From the human T2T-CHM13v2.0 reference genome, Homo sapiens: a stretch of DNA of 64,000 bases. The notes beneath the pieces are model-generated. The model searched no databases, had not been told where the DNA came from, and saw nothing but the letters and a program-made list of their open reading frames with translations. Where the stretch lies: the NCBI RefSeq assembly GCF_009914755.1, contig NC_060936.1; one strand, given 5' to 3'. Below, in pieces: positions 1 to 11,985 of this stretch (the first letter of the stretch is position 1; each line of letters starts with the position of its first letter). The translations under genes were made by a program, and so were the position numbers.

Positions 1-459
1 ACTGCAAAGCCTCCCAAGTCTAGCCTCTTCCAGTGATCCCCACGCGCCCACCTGCCCCAGCCTGGCCCAGGCAGTCTCCAGGGTCTGGGAGCCTTAGCCC
101 AGGGCAGTACTACTCCACCAAAGGTCTGCAACGTTGCCAACTGCAACGAAGTGGGCACAGAACATGACAGCATGCAGACCTCTGGGGTTGGCGTGACCCT
201 GGCATCCAAGGGCACAACCAACTCTGTCTGACCCTGCCGGACTGGGCCTGGCTGAGCCCCTGCGTCTGTGCAGTGGGACCCCATATCGATTTGTGACAAA
301 CTGGAAATGAAACAGACCGGTCCTTCCCATAGGGAGTCTGATAAGAGCTAATCTAGGCCAAGAGGCAGCACACTAGGGCCCAAGGCCAAGGCAGCAGCGT
401 CCAGTGTCACAGGCACAGGCCACGCCCACTCCCTTACACCCTGGCTGAGCTGCTTTCAC

Positions 460-536
460 ACCATACGGGCCGCGAAGGGCGGTTGCATGGCCTGCAAAGC
501 CTGAAATATTTACAGAGAAGGTGTGCTCACCCCTGC
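460..536. mobile_element. MER58-like hAT MITE fragment
   Basis: ggcctgcaaagcctgaaatatttac...acccctg resembles the MER58 end. Confidence 0.55.
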
Positions 537-639
537 CCTAGGGGCAAAGCCCAAAGTGTACCCTTGGGGCAAGACAGAAAAAGCTACTAAAGGCGATGTT
601 GTAATAATAGCATCGTCATCATTACATTATTGATTATAT

Positions 640-960
640 CAAATGTCTGCTTACTCTGTCCATACCCTGTGCGAAGGACTCTGCACCTACCAACTAATTG
701 GATCCTCACAATCTTAAAACTATCCTTGCTCAACTGATAGGGAAACTGAGGCACGGGACGGTAAGGCCACTTGCCCCCTGTTTCACAGCTAGGACATCAC
801 TGGGGCAGGATGTAAATGCAAGCAACCTGGCTCCAGAACCGGTGCTATGAACCAGTCTTCAATACTGCGGCATAGAGAGGTTAAGTAACTTGCCCAAGGC
901 CACACAGCAGAAAAGAGTCACGCTGGGATTCAGACTCTGTGTCCCTGCTTTTAACTGCAT
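640..960. mobile_element. MIR SINE fragments
   Basis: MIR core motifs gaaactgaggcac, agaggttaagtaacttgcccaaggccacacag. Similar MIR fragments recur at about 2820-3300, 15560, 19850, 29240, 33130, 35150, 38210, 40050, 41450, 44130, 46830, 55420 and 60400. Confidence 0.8.
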
Positions 961-3900
961 TCCTTTAGCCCATTCGTTTAGCCCAAGGTCTGGAGGAGCT
1001 CAGGAGTGTTCAGGGGTCCCAGAGGACTTGAAGAAGAAGGCAGAATGCAGCTGGGCCACAGAAAGCCTGAAAGGAGGCCAGGAGAGGAGGAGGCGTTGAT
1101 CTCCGGGAAAACAAAAGCTGTGAGCATTTTGTTACTGGACCCTCAACCCTGGAGACCCTCGCTTCCCCAGGACCCTCAGGGAGAGTCATAGGATCCTGCT
1201 ACTGTCACGGAGAGAAGCTGGGCCCCTGAGGATGGAGAGAATGAGGCACAGAGGGATGCGGCAGGTAGGAAGCGGGAGGGCAGGGATGATGCATATAGAA
1301 GCCTGGAGCATGGCTGAGGCTGAGTCAGGGAACCTGGGGGCTTTCCATGGTCTCAGGGTCCAGGCCTCTGTCTGCAAGCACCCAACTAAGTGAAGCCTCC
1401 CATTTGTGCTGGGAATTACTCACCAGCAGCCCGCAGATGACGCCAGGGCAGAGCACAGGCAGAGGCAGCGGCTTCCACGGCCTGCACCATTCCACCGCCA
1501 GCTCGGCATCCACGGTCCTGTGGTTCCCCAGGGGGAAGAGGCCCTGCTTGGGTCTCCTGCCACCCTTCCAGGAGGAAAGAGATGACTACCCCGCGCTTGC
1601 TGCGTGCAGACATTGCCACCGATGCACAGACCCACCAGGACACCGGTACTGCAGGTGGGGAAACTGAGGCCGTTCCACGTGGCTGTGAGCGGGCCAATGC
1701 CACTCAGCAAGCTGAACACGGAGAGGGTTCGAAGCCACACTGAGGTCTCACAGGCTCCAGGGAAGACCTGCCATCAAAGCAGCCCCGTGCCCAAAGCACC
1801 AGGAAGAGGACTCTCCAGACAGGAGGAGCTGTCCCAGGAGGTAGGCCTGTCGGGAGTATGCGTGGAGGTGACCTGAATCTGGGAAGGTCACTGAGGCATC
1901 CCGTGGATCCCAGCAGAATGGCCTCGGCTACTGTACGAGGAACCAGGACAGCCAGGTTCCCGCCACTGACTGTCCCCTTACCCGGGGGGATCTGTCTTTC
2001 TGTGGCTTGATGAGGAGCTCAGGAAGGGGGTAGTATCTTTCGAACTGGGTCTTGCCCTTTAAAAGGACAGGAAGGGTTTGAGGGCTGAGGGGCTTCCAGG
2101 GAGGGGCCTCCAGATCACAGCCCCCAGCTCACCTCCAACCCACAGCAAGAAAGCGGCTCCACCCTGCAATATGCCCAGGGCAGCAGGGCCCTCCTCAGAG
2201 TGCCCAGAACTCTTCCTCCTGCCCTTCAAGAGACAAGCAGGATTCTCTGGATGGGCAGCCCTACCATGAGGCAGGAGGGTCCGATATGGGGCAGCTCCCC
2301 CAGGGAGGAGCACACACAGGTGGCCCCTGCTGCCCCCACACAAGGACAGACATGTTCTCACCTGTGGCCGCCAGGCTGGGCCCCACTCACTCCCTGGCCT
2401 CAGCCTCCTGCCTGGAGGGGGCGGTGAGCGCTTGGCCCTGTCCACCCACATCCTGCGTCACTGACGGCCCAGCAGGAGAAGAATGGGAGGTGTCTAGGGT
2501 CAGCCAGTGACCCCGAGGGCCCAGTTGGGGCAAAGGGCAGGAGGGGTGGGAGAGCAGAGGCCACAGCAGCCTGAGGACTCCCCAAGGCTAGGAGCCGGGT
2601 GAGGGCGGTTGAGAAGAGTGGGAACCTCCACAGGACAGGACAAGAAACCAGAAGCCAGCAGCACCCCCAGGGCAGGCAGGTTCCCCTCTGGGCAGCTGCA
2701 GGTACAGCAACAAGACCAAGGAACGGCAGCAGCAAACGGACAGAGCGGGCTGGCCCTGAGCCAGGCGCCATCTTAAGAACATTCAGCATATCCCCTTTAC
2801 CCCTCGTGAGAATCTAGGAGACAGGTACTCTCAGTACCCCCACTTTATGGGTGACAAAACTGAGGCTCAGAGAGGTTACGTAACTTGTCCAGTTTCCTAC
2901 CCTGTGAAATATTTTCCCATTGACAAAATACAGAGCATGATAGTCCCACTCTGGGGTGATCAGGGGAATGCACACAACCATATACACTCAGGGCTTTGAA
3001 CAACATTTGACCCATAGTAGGTGCTCAGTTAACAAGAGCTCTTCTTTTTGTTGGTGGTGGTGACAGATAAAGACAATGATGACAAAATATAAAATCATTT
3101 CCCACTGGGAGTCTATTCCTTAGCCCCAGGCACGCAGTAGGTGCTCAATAAATAGAGGCACGGGGGAGTGGGGGGACACAGAAGCTTGGAGCCCCGATGC
3201 TGTGGCAGCCTCCCCACTTAGGGCAATCGCACCTGAGGCCTGTGATTTAACCTCTTGGGCCTCAGTCTCCTCATCTGCGAAGTGGGATGAGAGCGTGAGC
3301 TGCTCTTTCACAGGGCCGCCCAGGAGAATGCAATGACTCTGCCCAGGGAACTGCCGTCCTAAGAGGGATCCACAACGCACCCACTGAGGACAGCTGACTC
3401 TGCAAAGCGCCCCAGGGGCCCAACCTACAGGAGGCCACTGTGTCAGGGACTCCCCCAGGCAGGGCCAGTGAGCTTATATGCAAAACCTTCTGCTCACTGA
3501 TGGAAACGTCCTCCCACACAGCTTCCTTTCTGGTTCTCACAAGAGGGGACCACACCAGCCAGGCAGGACAGACACACGCACACACGCACACACGCACCCC
3601 CACGGTGGCCGGCAGAGTCAGCTTCACTCCAGCTGTGACCTCCAGGCCTCACATCCCCTCACTCAGCAGCCAGGAGGTCACAAGGGGGAGGCCCACAACT
3701 CTGAAAGCCGCTTGGCAAACACCCAGAGACATGGTATACAGCAAGCACCCCATAAATGCCAAAGGAGCGAAACCAAGGCCCGTTGTCCTGGCCACACCAT
3801 GCAGTGAGAGAAGAGGCAGGAAATGGGGCCCCCGCTGGGAAGTGGGGTGGGGTGGGGTGCGGCTTAGGAGACCCGACCAGGGCACACATGTGGGCAGGCA

Positions 3901-4497
3901 GCGAGGCCCACCTGCTCCCAGGGCAAGCCATCTGCCCTGGCCACAGGGCGGGCTCCCCAAAGACACAGCCAGCACCCTGGACCCTCATGTCAGGGAGGCA
4001 GAAACGCAACCTGTGTGGGGCCTCCTCACCTCAGAGCCTCGAGCCGCACCAAGGTGAATACACACGGAACGGGAGGACAGGAAGGAAGGGGAGCTGTGAC
4101 CTATCCGGCCCCCTTGCCCCCTGGAAGCCACCCCAATCCTACCCAATACTGCGGCAGCGGGGGAGCAGAGGTGAGGCTAGGCTGCAGGAAAGTGAATACA
4201 GCAGGAGCTCCACATTCGCGTGCCAATCCCACTACCAGTCCAGAGAGGGCAGAGCCCCAGCTCAGCCTGGCCCCAGCCTCCATCTTCCCAGCTTTAAAAT
4301 GGGAGCAAAGAGATTTTATCAGATATTCTGGAAAAGGCTTCAGACACCAGGGGTCTCTGTGGCGGCCTCCCCTCTGCCCTGGGAGGCTCAGAGCCACATG
4401 AGCCTGGCTCCCAGGAGAAAGGAAGGGGTGAAGACTCAGTGGAATGGAAGAAGGGTCTCAAAGGTAGCCCCAGGCGCACACATGTGCACCCCCTTAC

Positions 4498-4602
4498 CGT
4501 GTGCGTCCGGGCGATCTGCACTGGGTAGGAAAGGCTGTGGGGCGGGTAGCGGGGCTCAGTGGCCCTCCACGTCTGTGCCACAGGCTGTGTGGAGCCCGAC
4601 AT
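4498..4602 (-). CDS. NCOR2: NCOR2/SMRT first coding segment (codons 1-35), phase-0 splice to next exon outside the window
   Basis: Translation MSGSTQPVAQTWRATEPRYPPHSLSYPVQIARTHT matches the SMRT N-terminus as I recall it; ATG in CCACCATGT context; ends at ACG|gtaagg donor (intron starts 4497). Confidence 0.97.
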
Positions 4603-4669
4603 GGTGGTGGGGGTCGGCGGGGAGCTGCTCCCAGGCCCCAATAAGCTTTCTCTTAATCACCACCAAGGA

Positions 4670-4690
4670 TTAAAAGCCAGTCCTCGTCAT
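4670..4690 (-). other. uORF ATG ACG AGG ACT GGC TTT TAA (MTRTGF*) in the NCOR2 5'UTR
   Basis: Read directly from the exon; weak context (CTGATGA); stop ends 67 nt upstream of the main ATG. Confidence 0.75.
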
Positions 4691-6039
4691 CAGCTCACGG
4701 GCCACCCCGTCACTGGCACCTGCGGGAAAACAAGAAAAGAAAAACAAGATCAGCCACGGGGCAGCTGGCTCCTCCGTGCACAGGTCCCCGAGTCGTTCCT
4801 GTGGTCCCGTGAGGACACGCGAGCACCCAGGGGCCTGCCTGGACCCTCCTCCATCCACTGCCACACTCACCTGTTCTCCGGGAGCACAAGGAGACAGGCA
4901 TGGCATTCAAGGTCCCTCCGAGCCATGCAAGCCACGCAAGGGACCAGAGGCCTCCTCCCCACCCAGGCCTTCACCCGGCAGGCACAGGGACTCTGCGCTG
5001 CCCTCACCACCACCCAGATGGCTCCCAGCCCCCCTAAGCCCATCCAACTTCACTCCATGGCCCCCGGGTTTCTAAGTCACAGGGCAGAATTCCCAGAAAG
5101 CACCTGTCCCAGGAGGGGCGGCCGGCAGCAGGGACATCACACACCGCTGTCCCGGGCAGCAGGGACCAGGGCCAGCTCAGGCGGGCCACGGGCCACAGGC
5201 CACAGCATGACCTGGGCAAGGCTATGACCCTGTGCAGGAGGCTGACACCATGACATGGGACAGGACTGATATGAGGTTAGCCAGATGCAAACTAGGAGGT
5301 GGGATTAGGACATGGAGGGCTACACCAGGAAGAGCCAAGGGCAGAATGACAGCCAGTCGGGCCCTGCAGCCTAGGGATAGGTACCCCAAACGGCTCCTGG
5401 GGCAGATACTGGAGCCTTCCACGGGAGAGGATCTACTCGTGGCCACGCCAGAGGAATAACACGAAGCGGGCTAGCAGCTTTACAGATGGAAAAACAGCCC
5501 CACAGAGAAGACACGGCCCAGCAAGGGAGCCACGGGGACCCCTACTCCGAAGCTGCCTTTGCCAGGAAACCCCTAAGCACCCCCCACCCCCAACAAGGCT
5601 TCTCCCCTTCCTCTGCCAGCCACAGCTCCACGCCACCTGCTGGGCTTACAACAGGGTCCCATCCCAGACCAAGGCCCCCTCCACACTCTCCCTGAACCAG
5701 TCCCTCAGAAAAGGTGTGTCCATCAGGTCCTGCCTCATGCAAAGCCCTCTCCAGCACCCCCACAATTGCACACACCCCCCAGAGCTGAGGGAAATGCACC
5801 CTGGCACCGGGACCCAGCGCCTGGATGTGGGCCTCCAGTGGCGGAGGACTGAGGCTGCACCACACGAGGTCAGGGGTCAGGAGGGGAAACAGAGCATACC
5901 CAGCCCTGCAATTTCATCAGAACACCCCCTCCCCCAACCTGAAGAGGGTAACCGTCCTTCTCCAAGCAGGAAAGCCCTTGGAGGCCTAATGTGGAGGGGC
6001 ATTGGGAGGAAGGTTAAGGTTGGGGGCCCTGACTGCCTC

Positions 6040-6495
6040 CCAGGCCCCACCTCATCTCTCATTAGTGTAGACTTGACCCTCCCTCCCTCCCCAGGTGCCA
6101 GGGATGGTCATGTGACCCGGTCCTGGCCAATCAGAGTCCTGCATGCTTCTGGGCCAGTGACTGTCTCAAGGATGAGCCTGTGACCCAATAGGAGTCAATG
6201 AGAATCTGCCTTGAGACTTTTGCTGCTGGAACCAGGAGAAAGGTGCTCTCTGCTGGGGATCTAAGCTGGGAATGAAAGCCTGGAGCTCTGGGGGCCACCA
6301 TGCAGCAGGAGCCTGCCTGAGACCCACGCCCACCGGCAGGAAGGCAGGGCGAAAGGGCGGTAAGAGCAGGTTGTGTCCGATGGTGGCTGGAGGCAGGTCG
6401 AAGCCTGCTCACTTCATTAGGGGAGCCAGGGCACTCCTTCTGCACGTTTTGTCTTTGGCAGCCCAAGCTGGGTTTCTGTCACATGCCACCAAGAA
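6040..6495. mobile_element. Old MaLR LTR (MLT1K/J-like)
   Basis: ggtcatgtgacc...ggccaatcagag, gagacttttgctg, gggtttctgtcacatgccaccaag pattern. Confidence 0.55.
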
Positions 6496-7944
6496 TTCGG
6501 GCTCACACAGGGAAAGAAGGAGTCACAGAGGAGGCCACCCCTTCAACTGGCTGCTGTCCATCCTTCAAACACAGAAAAGCCAAGGAATTCCGGAGCCAAG
6601 ACTGACACATCTACCACCACCTCGGTCCTGCCTGCGTGGGCTTTCCCAGCCCCGAGACAGGATGTATGGCGCAATTCCCGTGAACATGGGAACACGTCCC
6701 GCTCCACCATCGCTAAGCTGCGTGGCCTTGGGCAAGTCACTTGCCCTCTCTGAACCTCCAAACACACAGTGTTCCCTAAACATCAGACATTCATGTGCCA
6801 CCCCCGCGTAGGGACTTTTTTATAGAGATTACCCAGGCGACAGCCGTCTAGCCCCGGGCCTGTCACTTTCATTCAGTTAGGCATAACTTTACATACAAGA
6901 GAAGCTTATTATCAGCATAGGTATACAGAAACCCAGTACTATGTGGAATAAATAGGAAGGCATCGGAATCACAAACGCACTCCCACACACATGAAGACGT
7001 CTGTGCATATTCCGACTGCCTAAGTCCTCCTGCAAGGACCCCAGGAAAGGCCGGGTGGCGGACAGCAGGCACTCAGCAGCTCCCAGCACACAGTAAATGC
7101 TCAGCAAACCAGAATGCCTAATACTGCTGTCACCAGGACTGTCAATGATGCAGCTGCAGCCCAGTCACCAGTGACGCTATGATGGGGAGGCAAGGCACAG
7201 CTAGCCCTGCCCGGCCCCAAGAGCAATGAGACATCCGTTCTGCAGCCAGAAACAAGAGTCTGGCCCTGGGAGAGAGAACAGCTGTGGCCACCAGGACCCA
7301 GCCCTGTTCTAAAATTCTTCCTGCTAGAGCTCGGCTCAAAGTCTGCAGACCCTGGTCATCTCATGCAGCAAAGCAAATTCTATTCCCTTCTCTCTAGGTG
7401 CTAAACAGTTCCCGGTCTCTCGGAGGAGATAAGGCCGTCACTTCTGCAGGGTGCTGTTCCCGAGGTCTGCCCCTCTTTCAAGGGCACCACGGGCAACTTC
7501 CAAATTGCTATTGGATTTTGAGTTGCACAAGGTGGCCGAGAGGTCTCATTTACCCACAGCTTTTCTTTCCTCCTTTGCCCAGTGAGATGCTGCCTGGGGG
7601 TGACAGGCCCCTGGCACACGCTTACCATGGTGCACACGGGCACCAGAGACCAGGGAGGGTGACACCTTCCTAAAGTGCCCCGCAGCTGGCTGGCTGGCTT
7701 TCCACTGCCTGGGATTTACACAGTGCCCACCCCGGAGCATGGGGCTGGAACCTCGGCCCCTCACCTACCAAGGGGTTCCCCCACCAGCCCCCCACCCAGC
7801 GCCTCACATGCCGGTGGGGCCTGAACAGGGAACAACTCCAGTAACCTCGTGCCACCCTCACTCACCACGAGCTTAGGAAACCCAGTTTCCAACCCCTCCC
7901 GACCTGAGCCACGTTTCCTGCCAACTCGAAAAAAAACAAATGTT

Positions 7945-8432
7945 AGGGAAACGGTTTGGCGGTTCCTCAAAAATTTAAACATAGAATAACCATATGACCC
8001 ACCAATTCCATTCCCAGGCATCCACCCAAAAGAACTGGAAACAGGGACTCAAACAAAACACGGTATGCATGTTCATGGCAACAGAATTTACAGCAGCCAA
8101 AAGGCAGACCCAGCAAAAATTCCAGTCCATCCCTACGATGGAGTATTACTCAGCCATAAAGAGGAACGAAGGACGGCTGTGTCCTACACCACACATAACC
8201 AGAAAATGTCATGCTGAACCAAAGAGGCCAGACACAAAAGGCCACGAACTGCCTGACTCCACGGATATGAAATGTCCAGAACAGGCACATCCACGAGGCA
8301 GAAAGGAGACTGGTGGCTACCAGGAGGGCAGGGTGAGGCAGGAATGAGGCCTGCTAATGGTTACAGGGTTTTACAGGGCAGTGATGCAAAGGTTTTGAAA
8401 CTTGATAGAGGAGGCGGGTGCGCAGCACTGCG
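7945..8432 (+). mobile_element. L1M (L1MB/MC-like) 3' fragment
   Basis: tttggcggttcctcaaaaatttaaacatagaataaccatatgacc, tggagtattactcagccataaagaggaa. Confidence 0.85.
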
Positions 8433-8899
8433 AATAGGGAAAAAAATAAGCTTTGACTTTTCATCAGCAGGTTTGGAAGTGAATGCCAAAAAAAATGATG
8501 ACATCATTTCCTCAAAGATGGGGGCAGGAGAGGACGAGGGAGCCCCTCCAGGGTCTCCAGGATCTGGTCCTGGCCAAAGGAGGTTCTGAGGATGGATCCG
8601 GGCTGGAGGGGGAATTCAGACACAAACGCCCCATGTCGCCGCTGCGTCTGGCTGCGGTGGGGTCAGAAAGGGTGGGCGGCATTCATTTATTTACATACAC
8701 ACTGTGGTCCCTGCTGAGCCCCGGGCTAGTGCTGGGGACTTCTTGTGAACCCAGCGGGGTCCAGGCCCTGGAGGGTCTCAGGCCAGGGGCTCTGCCCAGC
8801 CCTGGGGAGAGCCAGGAGATACGAGGAAGAAGAACTTCCAGAGGGTGAAGGCGAGGGGATGGAGAGTGCTCCAGCTGGAGGCGCCGCTGAGCAAGAGCA

Positions 8900-9010
8900 G
8901 GGAGGTGAGCGCCAGCTGGTGGGGGGTGAGCGCAGGCTTGGGGGTGAGCCCCCGCCAGGCGGTGAGCACAGGCCCAGGGGTGAGCGAGGGCCTGGGGGTG
9001 AGCACAGGTG
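8900..9010. repeat. Degenerate ~18-21-bp minisatellite (GGGGGTGAGCxCAGGC), ~6 copies
   Basis: GGTGAGC recurs six times at near-regular spacing. Confidence 0.7.
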
Positions 9011-10396
9011 CCGTTTATGTTTGAGAAATTCATTGAGTGAATATGGGGGGAAGTGGGGACAGAGTCATTCAGGGCCCCATGGGCCCGGGTAAGGATGGAT
9101 TTTGTTCTCAGGGCAGTGGGGAGCCACAGAAGGTGGTTGCGGGGGAGAGTAAAGGGTCAGTGTTTTACGAGCAGGCACTGGGGACAGCAAGAGTGGATCA
9201 GGGAGACCTGGGGAGGCTCCTGCAAATGTCCAAGAGAGGGGACACTGGGGGATCAGGGCAACAGCGACAGAGAAGGGGAAATGGGCAGGTGGATGAAAGT
9301 CAGGAGGGAGGCTGACTCTGCAGGCCGCGGAAACAGCTCGCTGCAGGAGTCCCGCTGCACAGGCCCGCTGCGAGGACCCTGTGCCTGTGGCATACCGAGA
9401 GGTGCCTGGGGAACAGCAGGTGCTCAGCCATGCAGAGTCAGGAGGGTCAGGCCTCCGAGGAGAACAAGACGGTGCCTGGGTGAGGTCAAGGGACTTGTAG
9501 ATCTCAGGTGGCCGGGATACCCAACGGGGACACCAAGGGCCCAAGCAGGCCTCTGCACATCCAAGCCACCAACCACAGCCCCAGGGCCCCTGCTGGCCCC
9601 TGAACCAGCTGGAGGAGGGCTGCAGATCCCACACAGGCAGGTGGAGGGGCTCCCCATGCACGGCTGCAGGGGTCTGTCCCTGGGCCATGCCTGCAAGGAG
9701 GTAGCAAACACACAAGTGCCCCCCGCCCCCACTGCACTCTGCCGGGCAGCAGCAGAAGCCAAGTGGGCCACATTCCCTGTTCCCGGCCACTGCGGGCTTT
9801 GGTAAGGTTTCCAAATCCACAGCGGAAAGCTCGGGCCGTGAGCTCTGACTGGCTGTCCGCCTTGCCTCCTGCTGGACCCAGAGCCCCTTCTGGTGCCTGG
9901 CACACAGTAGGTGCACACTGAATGACTCTGCCCAGCGGAGGTGCATGCCAGCAACGCAGTGATGCCAGAAACCACCACACCTGTGTCCTCTTCCCACCTG
10001 GCCGGGCAGAGGCGCCTTTCCGGGAGGCCCTGGAAGCTTCCATGGGGCCTCCCACTCCTGCATTCCTCTCCAGCTCCGGCAGGATGAGGCCACACCGAGA
10101 CACATTCCATAGATTTTCTGTGTCTTGAGCGGCCTGGTTCAGACCTGGGGAGGGTGGAATTACAGCCTCAGGGTGAGGGGCAGGCGGGGGCTGGTGGAGG
10201 TGTGGGAGCTACAGGATGTGCCCGGAGCGCTCAGCCGCGGGCTGTGGGGAGGATGAAAGGCACGCGGGGCTCTGCGCCGCACGTGCCTGAAATGTTCTGG
10301 GAACTAATGGGTGCTGACATTGGAAGAACCTGTGGCAGGTGGGGGAGCCTCGGGATTAAAAACCAACCTGCCAGGCAGAGAGCGCCCACGGCACGA

Positions 10397-10405
10397 GCGC
10401 GCGCG

Positions 10406-10454
<49 letters not shown>
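10397..10454. repeat. (CG)n-(CA)n compound microsatellite
   Basis: Unbroken alternating purine-pyrimidine tract, 58 bp. Confidence 0.95.
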
Positions 10455-10456
<2 letters not shown>

Positions 10457-10711
10457 GACAGAACCCTCTGATACTCTGAGAAGCCCAAGGCACAAAGCCC
10501 CCCTGGGGTGGGCGGAACCACGGCGGGAACACAGGCCGTGCCTCCACTGTCCCAGCCTGGCCCTGCGAAGACAGGCAGGCCCCAGGAGCCCTGCAGCTCA
10601 GCCACATACGGCCTCCCTCACCGCTCAGTAGGTATTTGCTCCACTCACTGTGGAATAAGCACCTATTGTGTGACAGCCACCGAGAGGCACGGCACCTGGC
10701 ACACACGAGGC

Positions 10712-11140
10712 GTATTAGCGCCCTCGGCTGCCCCACCACAGACTGCATGGCTTCAAGCAACAGAAATGGATTGTCTCACTGTTCTGGAGGCCTCGAGTCC
10801 ATATCCAGCTGTCATCAGGGCCCCACGGCCTCTGGGGGCTCTGGGGGAGGCCCTTCCTACTTCCTCACTCCTCCAGCTCTGGTGGCCCCGGCAACCCCCG
10901 GTGTTCCCTGGCTTGTAGATGCATCGTGCCATCCTCTGCCTCTATCTCCACGCAGCCTTTCCACTGCATCTCCTGTCTCTGTGTCTCCCCTTCTTCTAAG
11001 GGCACCCGTCATATTGGATTTGGGGCCCTCCCCTATCCGGTTGTGACCTCATCTTAACTAATGTGATCTGCAAAAACCCTTTCCAAACAAGGCCGCACTC
11101 CCAGGTTCCACGCAGACGTACCTTAAGGGAGAACACTACC
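10712..11140. mobile_element. MLT1-family MaLR LTR
   Basis: caacagaaat...ctcactgttctggaggc, gtcatattggatttgggg, gacctcatcttaactaat...tctgcaaa. Confidence 0.8.
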
Positions 11141-11164
11141 TACTTCAGGAGGTGCTCCAGAAAT

Positions 11165-11238
11165 ACTTGTTTTGTTCACTGCTGTATCCCCAGAGCCCAG
11201 CACACAGTAGGCATCTAATAAATATTTACTAAACAAAA
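11165..11238 (+). mobile_element. L2 3' end
   Basis: ttcactgctgtatcccca...cacacagtaggcatctaataaatattt. Confidence 0.8.
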
Positions 11239-11619
11239 CCACTGCAGCCAGTCTTGCCCGAGGAGAAGCCGGCCCGGGGGGAACTCTGGGACAGCAGTTC
11301 TGGGATGTGCGCACAAGACGCTGCGGAGCGCCAGCTCCACGGGTCGAGCTGTTGACACCTTGGGTGTTTACTTTCTGGCGTGCAGTAAAAACTGGGGAAC
11401 TGGCCAAGTATCTGATGGCCACCTTCAGCAGGACTCCTGGCGCAGAACGGATGCTCAGGAATCCAGCTCTGGAGTGAGTCCTGAGATGCGGAAAGCCGGT
11501 GGGACGTGGCAAGGGTGCACCTCGCCCAGCCCAGTCCAGAGGGGCCCCCACAGCCAATGAGGAAGGGGGTGAAGAGAGAGCTCCTGCTGCCCGGCCTGGT
11601 GGCTCACTCTGTCTACCAC

Positions 11620-11985
11620 GATTTGTTAAGCACCTACTGTGTGAAAGGTGCTGGGGATACAGCAGTGAATTACTGATCCCAAATCCCCCACCTCGTGAAG
11701 CTGCCATTCCAGCAGGTGAGACGGGAGTAAGAGGATGGCAGAAGGTGTTAGCACGATGGAGAAAAACAGAACCAGGAGGCGGCAGGCAGGGAATGGGGGT
11801 ACATTTTGAAAGTGGGCAGTCAGGGGTGCGTCACCAGAGGTGCCTTTTATGCAAAGGCGCCGGGGAGAGGAGGGAGTCTACACAGCAGGCACAGCAGGTG
11901 CAAAGGCCCAGAGGCAGGACCGAGCCTGGTGTGTGAGGACAGCAGGGAGGCCTGGATGGGGAGAGTGGGGTGAGCGAAGGCATGT
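11620..11985 (-). mobile_element. L2 fragment
   Basis: atttgttaagcacctactgtgtg...ctggggatacagcagtgaa; gcaaaggcccagaggcagga. Confidence 0.7.

Larger units (their letters stand above)
4498..4719 (-). other. NCOR2: NCOR2 first coding exon (117 nt 5'UTR + 105 nt CDS)
   Basis: Minus-strand acceptor ttttcttgttttcccgcag|GTGCCAG at 4720/4719 with a long pyrimidine tract; donor gtaagg at 4497. Confidence 0.93.

Noticed and set aside
4603-4641. In-frame TTG N-terminal extension of NCOR2 (track ORF 4294-4641)
   Set aside because: Weak near-cognate start with an in-frame stop shortly upstream; the ORF's C-terminal part is intron read-through.
3756-4673. 305-aa + strand ORF overlapping the NCOR2 exon
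   Set aside because: No recognisable domain; antisense to a real exon; long ORFs arise by chance in GC-rich DNA.
9053-10110. Overlapping 200-346-aa ORFs on both strands
   Set aside because: Low-complexity G/P/R/W/C-rich translations, partly over L2 remnants, with no exon-like boundaries.
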